NCBI GenBank assembly: GCA_036172245.1
Contig: JAYWIR010000009.1
Coordinates: 3,658,001-3,722,000, forward strand
Origin: Raillietiella orientalis
Lineage: Eukaryota
DNA length: 64,000 nucleotides
Direction of reading: 5' to 3'
The position numbers and the translations under genes are program-made. The notes under the pieces are model-generated. The model was not told the origin of the DNA. It searched no databases and saw only the letters and a program-made list of their open reading frames with translations. Positions 46,561-61,764 of this stretch are shown in pieces; position 1 is the first letter of the stretch; every line of letters starts with the position of its first letter.

Positions 46561-49500
46561 ATCGCCGCGTCATCAACCAAACGCCGGAAAAGAAAAAAAA
46601 AAAGACACACGAAAGCAAGAAATCTCGGGAAGCGTTCGTGGCGACGCGAGGATTACATGGTCGGGTTTTTGCGAACAGAACCGCGCCAGCCTCGGGGTTT
46701 GCCAGGCCTTGGGCCCGGGCGACGGGAGAGTAGGGAGGAAACCTGCCATCCCGGGGCGAGGGAGGGGAGGAAGAGGAGGAAGAGGAGGAGGAGGAGGAGG
46801 AGAAGCCTCTGCCATCTGTCTCCACGGTACGGCTCGATTCCGGAAATCGAAGCTCGCGAGGCGGTGAGGACGGTGCCGAGAGCACGCACGCACGCACGCA
46901 CGCACGCTGGCGCCGCCGGGCCCCCGGCAAGGCTGGCGCACGGAGCGACGGCAGAGGCGCCTCCCCCCCCCCTCCTCCCCTTCCGGGCTCGTCGGCCATG
47001 TTGGAATCCGCGCGGCGATCGATGCGCAACAATGCGCCGCCGCTTCCCGCTCGGCGCTCGCGCGTGGACGGAAACGGAAGGGAGCGCCCTGCGGCTTCTC
47101 CGCGGGAGCCAAGTCGGTCTGCTGGAAAAGACGCCGAGAAGATCACGTGGAGGGGAAAGTGGTTCCCCCCGCAGGTGGGGCACGCACGCGGGAGAGGCTT
47201 CCCCCCCCCCGGGCCGGGCGGGTCCACGTCCAGGCGCTCCGGGGGGCGAAAGTGAATTCCGCACCGGTTCCGGACTTCTCCGCGTTTCCTGCGAAGGCGC
47301 TGCGCGCGCGCGCGCGGGCGAAATCGAGAGTGCGCGCATCACGCAGAAACCGGTTCTTCCGCAGCCGCGTTCTTCGCCGGAACCGAACCGCCACACACGC
47401 GAGGCGCAGAGAGCAGCCTCTCTGCCGCGCTCCCTCCGCGTGCGATTCCTCCACCCAGGGAGGAATTTTTTTCCTTCTCCTCTCTCCTCCCTTCGTCTCA
47501 AGGATACGCCGCTCCGCCGGACCTCCTCTCCGCGCCCTTCCACTTCACAGCACACGCGCGTATCGTCCGATCTGGGAAATTTACAAACGTCGCGCCTTCC
47601 GGCGGCGGCTCCGCGGAGCGCTTTCTCAGGCGGGAGGAGGGGGAGAGGAACGGAGGAGGAAGAACAAACGAAGGGGATTCTTCTGTCCGGTGATTTGCCC
47701 TGAGCAGGAAGGCTTACGAGGCTCCGCCTCGCGGCGGGGCGGCGGCCAGCGCAGACAAGAGCGGAGACGGCGGCGCGCCACAGGACCTCCGCTTTTGTCT
47801 CCAGTGGCAACCCCCACCCCCGAAGCGTCCCCATTCTTCTGGCGTTCCCTGGTACAACAGCGCTGCTGCCGCCGCTCCCACGCGACAGCCCCCCACCTCC
47901 CTCGCTCGGAGCGCGGTCCGCGTGGGTCTGACTGTGCCGCAGGGATCCGGGAAGTTCCGCTGTTGACCTTCCTGGCGTAGGCCCGCAGGGCTCCTTTCCC
48001 GGGAAGCGCTGGATGCATTCAGCGGAGGGGAGGGGGGCGAGGTGCACGTCCGCCCGCGTCCCGGCAGAGACCGTCTCGAAAAGCGAGCGAGGAGCGACCG
48101 GACCGCTTCCCCTCCTCGTGCCGCGCCGGACAGGGAGCACTTGCCACCGCCGCCCGGGTCAACCGTGTCCGCCCTTCATCCGCTGCGAGCGCACCTCCGC
48201 GAACGCGGCGAGACCTCCTGGGCGGCAGACGCCGCGCCGACTCTTTCCAGCCGAGGGTGCCAGCGCGTCGCCCGGGAGACGGCGAGGCAGGTCTCCGCGC
48301 TCTCTCCCCCAGGAGAGGGGAGTGGAGCCCGCGAGATGGAAGAAAGGGGGAGGAGCGGGCGCTGGAATCCGGGCTTTGCGCTCCAGCCCCCGCCCCCTTG
48401 CGGCAACGCACGTCGCTCGGGGAGCGTCACCCCGTGGCTGAGAACGCAAGTGACCCTCCCCCCGACGCTCCCAGGCTGTTTGTCATCGAGGGAGCCACGA
48501 GGACGGGGCAGCAGCACCGAAGGGCGCGTTGCGGCCTCCGGTTCTGAGACACAGCGCGCCCTCTTCCCTCCCGACCCATCGTCCTGGGGAGGGGAAGGGG
48601 TCTTCTGCGCGCTGCGCCAGGGGCCGGACGAGCTGAGCATCCTCCTTCCCTCAGCCTCCAGGAGGAAGGGGCAAGCCTACGTCCCGGATCGCCTTGGGCA
48701 AGGGCAATTCCTCCCTCCCTCCCAAACACGCCCGCACCGGTCTTTCCGGGAACACGGAGGGAGGAGCACCTCCGACGTATGCCCATCCGTCCCGCGCCCT
48801 ATCCGAGGATGGAGAGCCGCCGCGACCCCCGTGGGCCCGGAATAGGCTCACGGAGACCGCCGCAGCTCGCGCCGTAGGACGGCACTCCGCCAAAGAGCAG
48901 CGGGGCAATCCGACCCAAGGGGTTGCGCAAGGTGCGGAGGGCGGACGGGCGCGCGAGGGCCGAGGCCTTGGCTTGGCACCCGGCCGTGAGAAGCGGCGTT
49001 CCTCGGTGCGCGTCGCAATGGACTCGGGGAGGCGGATGGGGAGAGGGCGAGCGGACGTCTCCGCCGTCCCGCTGGGGCGGCTGGCTCTTCCGCAGGAACG
49101 GGATCTCCCCTCCCTCGGTCGGACGCATCCGGGGACGACGCCCGCTTCGGCCCGTCTGGGCGCGAGCCAGACGGCACACTTTGAAGACGCGGGAGGCCGG
49201 CGGGGCGCGTCGAAGGGGAAAACGCGCACGCGCGCAGCGGGCGGAACCGGCCGGCCGCTCGGCGTTTGCTGCACTTCCGGCCGCCAGCGTCTCCGGCTGG
49301 AGTCGCAGCGATCGCGTCTCGGTCGCCGAGGCGAGTTGCCCGGAGGGGGGGGGGGACCAGGGGAAGGAGAGAGGGGGGAAGCGGCGGACGCGACTCGAAC
49401 CAGTTCGAACAAGCCGAATCCAACGCGATGAGAGAGGCGCTGACCTCAGCAGCCCCGCCGGGCGATAGGCGAAACTCTTCTGAACACCGAGCACTGCGCG

Positions 49501-50235
49501 ACCTTCCCACTTCCACCGCGGTCAGCACCGGCACCCACCCACCCACCTCCTCCCACACACATTTAGAAAGGAAAAAAAAAAAAAAAAAAACGAACAGCCA
49601 CTCTATATTTTCGTTCTCCCAGAGGGAGCGACTGGAGCGCCGCCGCTTTGACGCGACCGGCCGGGCACAAACGTGCAATGGGGACCCCCCCATCAGGACC
49701 CCTTGTTCCCCCAGAGGGGGACATGGCGCTTCCACCACTCTGACCTCATCGGGTGTCGCTGAAAGGAATCCACCCGAGGCTTCGACGGCGATCGGCAGTT
49801 GGTCACCGTGCGGAAGGTCCGTGTCGACCAGGGAGGCGGAGGCTTTGCGTGTGGCGCGAATGTGGTCGTCCACCGGCGCTCGGTGCAGTCGCGCACCGCG
49901 GTGGTTGAGGTAAACGGCGCGTTTCTGCACGTAGCGTCTCCAGCAGTTGCCCGACGGACAATTGCGGCTTTTCCACGAACAGCTGCGGCTGCTTTTGGTT
50001 CCGAGAGAGGAATTTTCACGCCTACGAGGGGTGTACGGATTTAGAAAGTATCGCATCGTCACTCTTGTTGGCGGCTGGGGTGGTGCACGCCGGTTTTGCA
50101 AAGTCGCCGAGGGGCGACTTCTTCTTCGACGCGTATTTCGTTGGCGTCAGGTCGCGCCGAGAGCCTGCAGCGTGCATCCCGAGACTCGTCAGCTCCCCTC
50201 TGCCGCCGAGTTCCGAGGAAGGGCGCGAGGACGGC

Positions 50236-50239
<4 letters not shown>

Positions 50240-50270
<31 letters not shown>
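50240..50270. repeat. (AG)n microsatellite
   Basis: Directly visible. Confidence 0.9.
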
Positions 50271-50273
<3 letters not shown>

Positions 50274-50612
50274 ATCACCCTTCCCTGTGACGGCTCACAG
50301 GGATCTCTCCACCGGGTGGCTCCGCCGACTGCACTGACCTCCCTCCACGACAAACAGAATCTCCGCTTAAAGGTCTTTCATCCAAGAAATAATGGCTCGC
50401 GCGGGCGCGCGCGTTTCGCTCTCTCTCTTTCTTGCACCAATCTCGGATGAAAACTCGTCCTTCACATTATCAAGATGGATAGCACACAGCCTCAAGATGA
50501 ACGCCAGCCAGGATCTTAGTATGCTTTTGCGTTCTGGGCTGTTTACAAGTGATGGCACCGTGTGCTGCGTGAAGCAATCCGAGTCGCCTCCTCGGAGCCG
50601 AAGCTGTCGCCA

Positions 50613-52691
50613 ATGATCGTTCTCCAGCGTTCCTCCTTCGTGCCTGCCTGCCTGCTCATGGGATTGCCCGCTCTGCTGCTGTGCATCCACGGGATCACGG
50701 CTCTGAGACTCAGGAGGCAGCCCGTGCCCGCTGCTCTGAGCGCGAGCATCTGCAGCTCGGGAAGCTGCGTGCCCTACTACTTGTGCAAGGAAGGGGACAT
50801 AATCGTGGATGGCGAAGGCATCATCGACGTGCGCTCCATCAACCAGAAGAAGCTGCCCAACGGGAGCGAACCCCAAGTCCGTCTAGTTGGTGGGAACTGT
50901 CCGAATTTTTTGGACGTATGCTGTAGCAATGTGCAGGAAGTGCCCGTGCCCAACTTCACGCCGGCCCCCCCTTCAAGGGAGCTGAGGTGCGGGCAGAGAA
51001 ACTTTGCTGGCCTGGACGTGCGCGTTGTGTACAACAAGACGAAAAACGGCCACCGCAACGAAGCCCAGCCGGGGGAGTTCCCCTGGATGGTGGCCGTCCT
51101 CAAAGTCGTCCCCGTTCCCTCGAGCACGAACCCCAACAAAGTGGAGGAGCAGCACATCTTCGTGTGCGGGGGTTCCCTCATCCACCCGCAGGTCGTGCTC
51201 ACCGCCGCGCACTGCGTCGCAGGGTGAGTGCATTCCGGTCAAGAAAAACGGACACGCGGGCAACGAGGCGAGGAGGAAACGGAAAGGAAGCGCTGCGCCA
51301 CGCCCACCCAACTCGAGAAAGTCCGACCGAAATTTCCCAATCCCGTGTTCACCCAGCGGGCCACCAAGACGCCGATCCCGCGCCACTTTTCGCACAAGCG
51401 CGACTGATGACCCGCCACGCGTTCGATCCCCAGAAACTCCCTTCTGGCACTGTAACGAAGGCACGTGTATTTTCAGGAAGGATCCCCAATCACTTCGGGT
51501 CCGACTGGGAGAATGGGATACTCGATCGACCCAGGAACCCTTCCAGCACATCGACAGAAGAGTGCTTTCGTTGTCGGCCCACCCGGCATACAGCGCCCAC
51601 AACTTGTTCAATGACATAGCCTTGCTGTTCCTGGAAGGTGCTGTCGAGGTCACCCGCTTCATCAACACCATTTGCTTAACCCCTTATCCCAACAAGTTCA
51701 GCCACCGTGAATGCGTGGCAACAGGTTGGGGGAAGGATTCATTCGGTAAGTCCTTGGGGATGTGGCATGCGCTTCCGTCGACTGGTGGTCAGCTGCTCGC
51801 GACATCCCCTAACCAACTCGGCAAACAGCGGGCTGAAAATCGGATCGCACACGGAACATGCAGTTGGACACGCTCGTGTACAGCCGCTTTACAGTTTACA
51901 AGTCTTACACACCTGCTACTTCGGATGCTCGCAATCAGTTCCGGAATTTTACAATTTCCAAAACAAAGATTCAGCTAATGATGATGATAGCACATTTATT
52001 GACGTGTCATGCAAATATTTTTCACGATTTATTATTATTGTTTTTTTTTAAAAAATGCACATACCAGATTTTTAAGTCATTAAACAATAAGTCACAAAAT
52101 GGCCATTCATATATCGATATACCTTTTACAACACAGATGATTTGCTACATATTTCTGGGTCCTGTGTTAACACTCAAAAGTCACGGTTAAAGAGCTTTCA
52201 CAAGTTATTTTTTGTTTTTGTTTTTTAGGTGCAGGTGGAAAATTTCAAAACATTCTCAAAAGAGTCGATTTGCCTTTGGTATCCTATGAAACATGCTTAC
52301 AAGCATTTAAACGAACCAGGTTGGGAGTACACTTTTGCCTGCATGATACATTTATCTGTGCAGGAGGAGAAAAAGGAGAGGATACTTGCAAAGTAGGTTC
52401 TTTGTACTAATGCAACAATTTCCTTGGTTATAGGGGGATGGTGGATCACCTTTGGTGTGCAAAAGTCCAGACACAGGATCTTATTATCAGGCAGGAATAG
52501 TAGCATGGGGCATAGGATGTGGAGAGGATGCCACTCCTGGTGCATATGTAGATGTCACAAGATATGCAGGATGGATAGATAACACAATTCAGCTATCATT
52601 GCATCTTCCAACATTGCCATTCTCATTTGAGGAAAGCCTCAGCACATCAGCACCAAGATATCAAGCATGTTTACAAGAGAATTTAGGATGA
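50613..52691 (+). CDS. PPAF2: Clip-domain serine protease homolog, PPAF2/masquerade-like (non-catalytic); exons 50613-51223, 51477-51745, 52229-52392, 52434-52691
   Basis: Signal-peptide-like N-terminus, PPAF2-type clip (CVPYYLC...DGEGIIDVR...CPNFLDVCC), EAQPGEFPWM, CGGSLIHPQVVLTAAHC, NDIALL and GWG. In DTCK|GDGGSP the catalytic Ser is replaced by Gly. GT-AG introns keep the frame. Confidence 0.93.
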
Positions 52692-52751
52692 ATCAAAAAA
52701 CACAGGACCCCATTTAAGCAAATGGCTAAATAGATCTTGTATCCCACAAAA

Positions 52752-52757
52752 AATAAA
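52752..52757 (+). terminator. Polyadenylation signal of the clip-SPH gene
   Basis: AATAAA about 60 nt after the stop codon. Confidence 0.6.
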
Positions 52758-52841
52758 AAAACATTCAACATATATTCTTTCTAAAAGAGAATTTTTAGAC
52801 TTCACATGAAGGTAGATTGCAAGTGACATGCTCCACTAAAA

Positions 52842-55383
<2,542 letters not shown>

Positions 55384-56979
55384 TGGAAAAAACGATCTTG
55401 CAATTGGCGGCTCTGCCCTGAATTCTGTGGGTGGAATGCGAAGCTCCGCTGGAATACAAGCGGCCGTGAAAGTAAAAATGGCAACTCAAAATGCATTGAT
55501 TGCAATGCACTGTGAGACTGAACTATCAAATAATACTCAGAATTAACGTGAAAAATTCTTGAAATAATTATTAATCAAGATTGGTTAGTTAAATTGTAAA
55601 AGGAAGTATTCTTTTCTAGATAATCTAATAATTCTATTCCGACAATAGGACAAGAATATCTTATTGCGAATTATTCAGAATAACCCCATTTTCTCTGAAA
55701 ACCTTATGCCAATAAATTATTAAACAATTAGTAGTCAGTAGGGTTAACTAACACTTATGTAGAAAAGTATGCATTGAATTCATCATTAGCTTTTTTTCTA
55801 ATAATCATTAGAAAACAAGAGAATTACTTCTACTACTTTGCAAATTAAGAACTCTGTACTTTTATAAATTGAAACTTTTCAAGCATGTGCTCCAATTTCT
55901 TTATAAAGTTCAAGGAATCATTAATATATCTCGGATCACAGAAATAATTTCTTGAGAACAGATTGAAAAATAGAACATTTCTCTGCTTTCGCAACTGATC
56001 AATTCGCAATTGCCTACAATCTGTACTTAAATTCATTCGTGTGTTAACTTTCGTTCCTGACGATCAAAGCCAAACTTTTCAAGCTCTTGTGAAAATTCTT
56101 CGTGGATACAATCAGCGTTTCGAGTGACAAAATGACAGTATTTTCAACCAATTTGAAGAAGAGAATGGAAAGAAATTCTCAAACAGAAATCAAATCATTT
56201 ATTGATTTTTTGCTTCTGTGAACGATATTTTGTGTGATTCGCTATCAGACACAAACTTTGAGATGGCACGTGGATGAAAATAGAAAATCAAGCAATAAAA
56301 GAATCTCAAAGAAGACCTGAAAAATGAATCTAGTTTCAGAAATCTCCCAGAAAATCGCAATATTGCAAATCTTTTGTCCGAATACAGATTCGTTGCCATT
56401 TGCTTTTTGAAAGTTTAGTGTCTCAATTTATGATCGGGTACATAACAAGCTTCTTTCCTTATATAGGAGACAATGATTTAAAAAACTGCATATTGAATGA
56501 AATATAAACAAAATTAAAGTGCTCTCCTTAAAAACTGCATCTAATGTGTCGAAAATTGAGGGGCATTTCTCTGTAACTAAGTGAGCCGCAAAAATATGGA
56601 ATTTTCCGTTACCCGTCCGATTTGAGATTTCAGTGTGCATTCTGAAATAAGTAATCTCAAAACAGACGTTAAAAATCTCAACAGAGTAGTGCAATAATTG
56701 GTGATATACTGTAAAATTCAAGTTGTTTCTAGTGTTCATATATCAAGCGTGGGTAAGGAAACATTTAAAAGATCAATAAGCACGGGATTTTATTCTCGAC
56801 TATGGGTGAAGTAATAAAAAAAAGTAGAATAGCCATTAAAAACAGTCATTTTGATATAAAGCAGCCGTTTACAAAGAGTTTTTCCTAACCATCAGCCATT
56901 GTTACACTTTTACAAAGCTCGGTGATTGAATAATAAACTGAGGTACATCAGGATCTCCAAGTTTTTGGAGAAGGCTAAA

Positions 56980-57270
56980 GAAAAATCTAAACAAAACTAA
57001 TCAAATTCTCTGAATTTTGACAATTAAAACCAAATATGTTCACGTGGAAGTTAAAATCAGTTCGAGACCTAAACTCTCGAAGTTTCCGTCTCACAAAAAA
57101 TGGCTGATCAAAGAATGCTAATCGCTCTGACTCAAAGCAAAAGTAGTTTGATAATTACTAAGAAATAGACGAATACACGAGTGGAGATCACTGCCGTAGA
57201 TCATCTACAGGTTTTTCAGCCTGTGGGCCATGGAATTCTTAAGCACTATTATCTACGCACAATCCATTTC
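56980..57270 (+). mobile_element. Possible pogo/Tigger (DDE_1) transposase remnant
   Basis: HLQVFQPVGHGILKHYY at ~57200-57255 resembles the QP-x-D-x-G-I...K motif, and an LNFDN segment lies upstream. Otherwise decayed. Confidence 0.3.
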
Positions 57271-58904
57271 TGAAAAATACAAATTCTCTTCTAATGTAAA
57301 AGAGAAATGAGGGACGGACTCGCATTAAGGAATTCCCTAGGCAAACACATAAAAATGGATTACTAGATTTTGACGATACAGTAGTTCACTCATAGTAAAG
57401 GAGATCTGGTTACATATAAGCGAGTAGGTACTATTCACTCACATGCACTTAACAAGTAACTCAGCTCACCCTTTTCACGGTATAAAGAGGCATCTATGAA
57501 AATCAGAGAGAGCATAACCACTATTATTCTCGAAGTGCATCATCAATTTCTTTATTAGTTTTCCTTAGTAGTGAGTCTTCTAAACAAAATCATTCCAAAA
57601 CCTTTAAGAGCATTGATAAATCAGGGAAAATTTTAGCACTCGTTAATGGTTTATCTGTGTAACAGATACGTATTCTCAAAACATGATTACAATCAGAATT
57701 CAGCATTTGGATGTTTTCTTGAAAAATGAAATAAAATACTATAGAATAAACCTATGTTAACCATCAAATCACTAAAATAACTTCCAAAGCTTCCGTGGAA
57801 AATACACACTAGGGAAAAGCAAATCAAATGTACTTCAGAGTTAGAGTGCAGTAAGTGGAGTGCTACAAATGCAGTTAATTAGTGTAGGTAACTCTCTGAA
57901 TATTTTTATAAGCTTAAAAAAATTCGTTTTCATCAGCGAGAAGTATGCAATTGAATATTTTGAAGTTGAAAAGCTCTGTGATATCATTATTTAAATCATC
58001 TGTATGAAAAACAACGCTCTATAGGAGTTCCTAGTCTAACCGAGTAGTACACGAAGACGAGATTTTGCAGTGTTGTTGCGATCTTATATGGAATGAAATA
58101 AGTAGGAAATGATATCAGTAGTAAGCGGTGACAGATGTAACAACTAATGCTAAAATTGTGTAAAATTTTTAGTAATCAGAATTCATCAACAAGAATAATG
58201 TACTTTTTATTATTATTTCATTTTTTATTAGAATAGCAAGTGCTTTTCTAATAAAAAAAAATGTACACAAAAGCACAATAAGGAAAATTAATGATTAATT
58301 AGAATTTAAAAATTAAAGAATTTCCGAGAATGTTAACTATAGGGAGTGAAGTTCGTGAGTAATACCTTTTACAGAAACAATAAGTTATGTTTTCCCTTAT
58401 AGAAGTTATGCTGCTGTGCATCATCAAAGGTGTTACAAAGTGTTTCCTACACTTTAATTTCAGTAAGTATTCTGATTAGAATCCTTTACTAGAATGTTTA
58501 TAATATGATTTTATGTAAACATGACTCTGTTTACAGAAGACTAAATTGCATAATGAGTGATTTTTGAATTCCGGTTACTAAAGTCTTGAGTTACTAGCTG
58601 TTTTTTTCCGTTTCATGATTCTATATGTGATTTAACAACTGTGAGCCAGGGTGTGTGCAAGGTAAAGTATAAAACCTTACTTTTACATGCCATACCATTA
58701 AGAAAAATGAACTCTAATCAAAAGTCTGATATTCAAATTCCAGACTATAGTGCAGTGGTAAGTACAATATGCAAATCCAATGATGATGCTAAAAAATGAG
58801 AAATTGTTGTTTTATTGAGTTTTATTGTATGTGGTAGCCCTGCCATCGTGTTGATTCTGAAGACGGTATAGTAAAAGAATTGAAGGAGCTGAGTGAAGTT
58901 CAAG

Positions 58905-59710
58905 ATGTCTGTTAAACGAATCATGAAATCTTCTATTGATTGGGTAGCTTTTGCAGAAAGAGTGCCTCTTGGTGATGGAGCGAAATTCGCATCTTTCAAA
59001 GCTAAATCCATTGCTCATCAAAGGAGGTAAGCGTGTTAAGAGAACGGATTCATTCAAGGCTTATCGTTTTGAGCTTATAAAAACATATATTACTAAGTGT
59101 ATAGAACTGATTCCATAATACTAACAATGTTGTGATACCGTAAAATGGCCACGTAATAAGTAGAGTGAAAGTTGCCTGTATTTGTGCCCATCCGTAATTC
59201 TTATTAATGACTATCAGTCTGATTCTTTGACATAATATTTTGAAGTGTATTGAACTTCCCCGAGGAACTCCCAAAGATCGATTGGAATTATTACATATCA
59301 CACAGTGATACACCTGAAGCTGTGAAAGAATTCAAGAAACAGTATGAGAGCCTGAAAGTGCCATATGCTGTTGATAAGTGGTCATCTGAAATTGACAATA
59401 AAGAAAAAGAGGCGGTAATTATTAATGAATATCTGTTGCAAACAGTGCATTGCATTTATTTGCATTTAAGATGAAACTTTCTGAGCAATTCATAGAAGAA
59501 TCCAATCATCGCATCAAGGAATTTGAAAAAAAACTTGAATGGTGGAAAGAGATGATTCCATTTGAACATATGACATTAGAGGAATGTGTGGATTATTTCC
59601 CAGAAGTTAAGGTAGGTTTGTAGTTGGCCTGAATTTTGCTGTATCAGTTATTTCAGGAATATATCTTCAAATTTGCTGATAAGGATAATGATGGTTTCAC
59701 AATGGGTTGA
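58905..59710 (+). CDS. ATP5PD: Mitochondrial ATP synthase peripheral stalk subunit d; exons 58905-59026, 59246-59414, 59471-59611, 59657-59710
   Basis: MSVKRIMKSSIDWVAFAERVP, PEELPKIDWNYY, EFKKQYESLKVPY, ESNHRIKEFE and MIPFEHMTLEE...FPE. GT-AG introns are in frame; AATAAA at 59754. Confidence 0.93.
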
Positions 59711-60751
59711 TTATTTGTTAGTTAAACATGTACATTTATGCTATATTAGAATGAATAAAGTTTTCAATTATGTACTGCTGTATTTTTATGGCCTTTTTTT
59801 CATTCGTTTGTTGCAGTTAAAGCATGCAGATTTAGTTTGAATTTGATTCACAGAAAAGTGGGCTGCCATTATTCATGTGTTTCAAGGGAAAAAAAAAAAA
59901 AAAAAGCGAATGAAATGATTTGAATAGCTATTGTGCTTGTTTAGTGTATGAATGCTTAGGAATTTTTCATATTTGAATTGTTTTTAAAATCTGATATGGT
60001 ATTTGTAACATTCAAAGTACCACCTGATATCATCAGCAGCAGCAGGTGTGTAATTGCACTTCCTGTGCCAGGGGACCATAGAAAACACAAGATTGCATTC
60101 ATTTGACTTCATTGCTTTTAAGTGCCTTCAAAATTTGATTCTCCGTCGTGCATTCTCTGGTCTGCAGTTTTCTTATGTTGAGCAGGCTGTAAAATTTGAC
60201 TTATGGCTGAGGACTGATTGCCTGGCCATAACGGCACCGTAAAAGTAAACCCCTGATGTTGGTATGGCGCCACCGTTGTGTCCTTTTTGTTGGTTTTAAG
60301 CATTCCAAGTGATTGATATTACATTTGCTGGACGTGTTGTTCATTCTTTGTTGGCCGTATGTTCGAGTTGCAATAAGCAAATCGTTTTTGGTACGTCGAG
60401 TTGACGCACCCATTGACCCAGCGAGATGGAAAAGCGGGAGGTGGTGGTCATGGATATGCGAACTGAGATACCCCTCGAAAATGTTCAAACTATTTGCATG
60501 CTTGTTGTCGCCGCTCGTTCGTAGGAAACAAAGAAGCAAGCAAATTAAAAAGATGATCCGAATCCAGCTTTTGTTGCTTGCTTGGAGTTCCAGAGATTTC
60601 TATCACGCCTCGCCACCTAAGAACGCCCAAACGTCTCATTTTCCTTCTGCAGTTGAACCGAAGTGGCTGCTGCAGGCGCGTTTGAGCTTCGAGACTTGTC
60701 CAGTGGGGACACATCTTTCGGTGCATCTCTTCGATGGCTGCCTGAGCCATT

Positions 60752-61764
60752 GGAGGCAGCCCGGTAAGAACAGAGGGGCAACCGGCCAGGACAAGGGCAA
60801 ACGCGGGTTTCTCCTTCCGTCCCTCCTCGTTCGCTCCCTCGTAGACAGGACCTCGGGTCAGGATGCCGGAGCAAGCGCGTCCTCTGCGAGCGGGCAACCA
60901 CGGTGGCCAAGTGGTTGCCCACGATTACTTCCTCGTCTTCTCAGCTTGCCAGCATAAAGCACGCTTCTTTGATAGGCATGCATTTGACATGCGCTACCTA
61001 TCCTTCTTAGACGTCTTCACCCTCGCCAGGCATCGAAAACGAAATTGTACTTTCCGTCAGGTGGTCACGGTCGCCGCCGGTGTAGCTCGCGAGCGATTCT
61101 GCAGACCGAAAGTCTCTCTGAGCAAACCTGTAGGAAAGGAGGTAGAGGAAGCTCGCTAAGTTTGCCGCGTGTCTGTGGACTGTGGCCGAGGCGTGTCTTT
61201 GATCGGCGCCCATCGCTTGCGGTGTGGTTTCGTGCTGCTCCCGTTCCTCCGGCACGTTTCCTCCGGCTGGGTGCGGTGCCTCCCCCAAAGCTTGGAGGTT
61301 TTCTGAGCTCTCCTGGCCTTTCAGGGATGGATTCGTTCTTCTTTCCATGAAGTAGCAGCAGGGTGGAGTTCACCTTCACATACCCTCCCCCCCTCTCGTG
61401 CATGGATCCCTGGCTTGCTCATGATCAGCTGACTCCCGAAAATGGGCAGGGGGGCGTGGAACTTCCACTCGAACCTGGGAAATCCAGAGAGGAGGGCGGG
61501 AAAGGGTGCCTCCAAGAAGTCTTAAAGGACGGCACCAGGACGCCGCCCAACGCGGTTCGGCTGTCCGGAAGTGCCTCTTCCGCCCTTGTCAGGAGGCCGT
61601 CGCTCCCTCCGGAAGCGGACAAGCGCTCGCAGAGGACGCGCTTGCTCCGGCATCCTGACCCGAGGTCCTGTCTACGAGGGAGCGAACGAGGAGGGACGGA
61701 AGGAGAAACCCGCGTTTGCCCTTGTCCTTGCCGGTTGCCCCTCTGTACTTACCGGGCGGCCTCC
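60752..61764. repeat. Inverted repeat pair with 141-bp arms (60752-60892 and 61624-61764)
   Basis: Reverse-complement match with 3 mismatches by eye. Confidence 0.95.
60900..61500 (+). pseudogene. Degenerate LINE AP-endonuclease C-terminal remnant
   Basis: GLSGMDSFFFP (SRIDYFF-like) followed by GRGAWNFHSNL (the L1-type G-x-W-x-LN motif after the EN). Confidence 0.3.

Noticed and set aside
42523..48140. Long ORFs in GC-rich DNA (671, 481 and 495 aa; also 24924-26606, 560 aa)
   Set aside because: R/P/G/A-rich with no domain signature, and overlapping on both strands. Expected from stop-codon scarcity at high GC over decayed retroelements.
49760..50050. TSP1/EGF-like exons (GSWSPCGRS; SCPTDNCGFSTNSCGC...CTD) with splice-like borders
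   Set aside because: Cys spacing is incomplete and no coherent gene model could be built. An HMM search would be needed.
55900..56740. CR1/L2-type LINE tail (AAKIWNFPLP, WNxLP-like) or a small gene between DDX5 and ATP5PD
   Set aside because: A single weak motif among many stops, with no supporting RT motifs.
60490..60750. LTR integrase zinc-binding-like segment (EEMHRKMCPHW)
   Set aside because: No CxxC partner, DDE core or LTRs visible.
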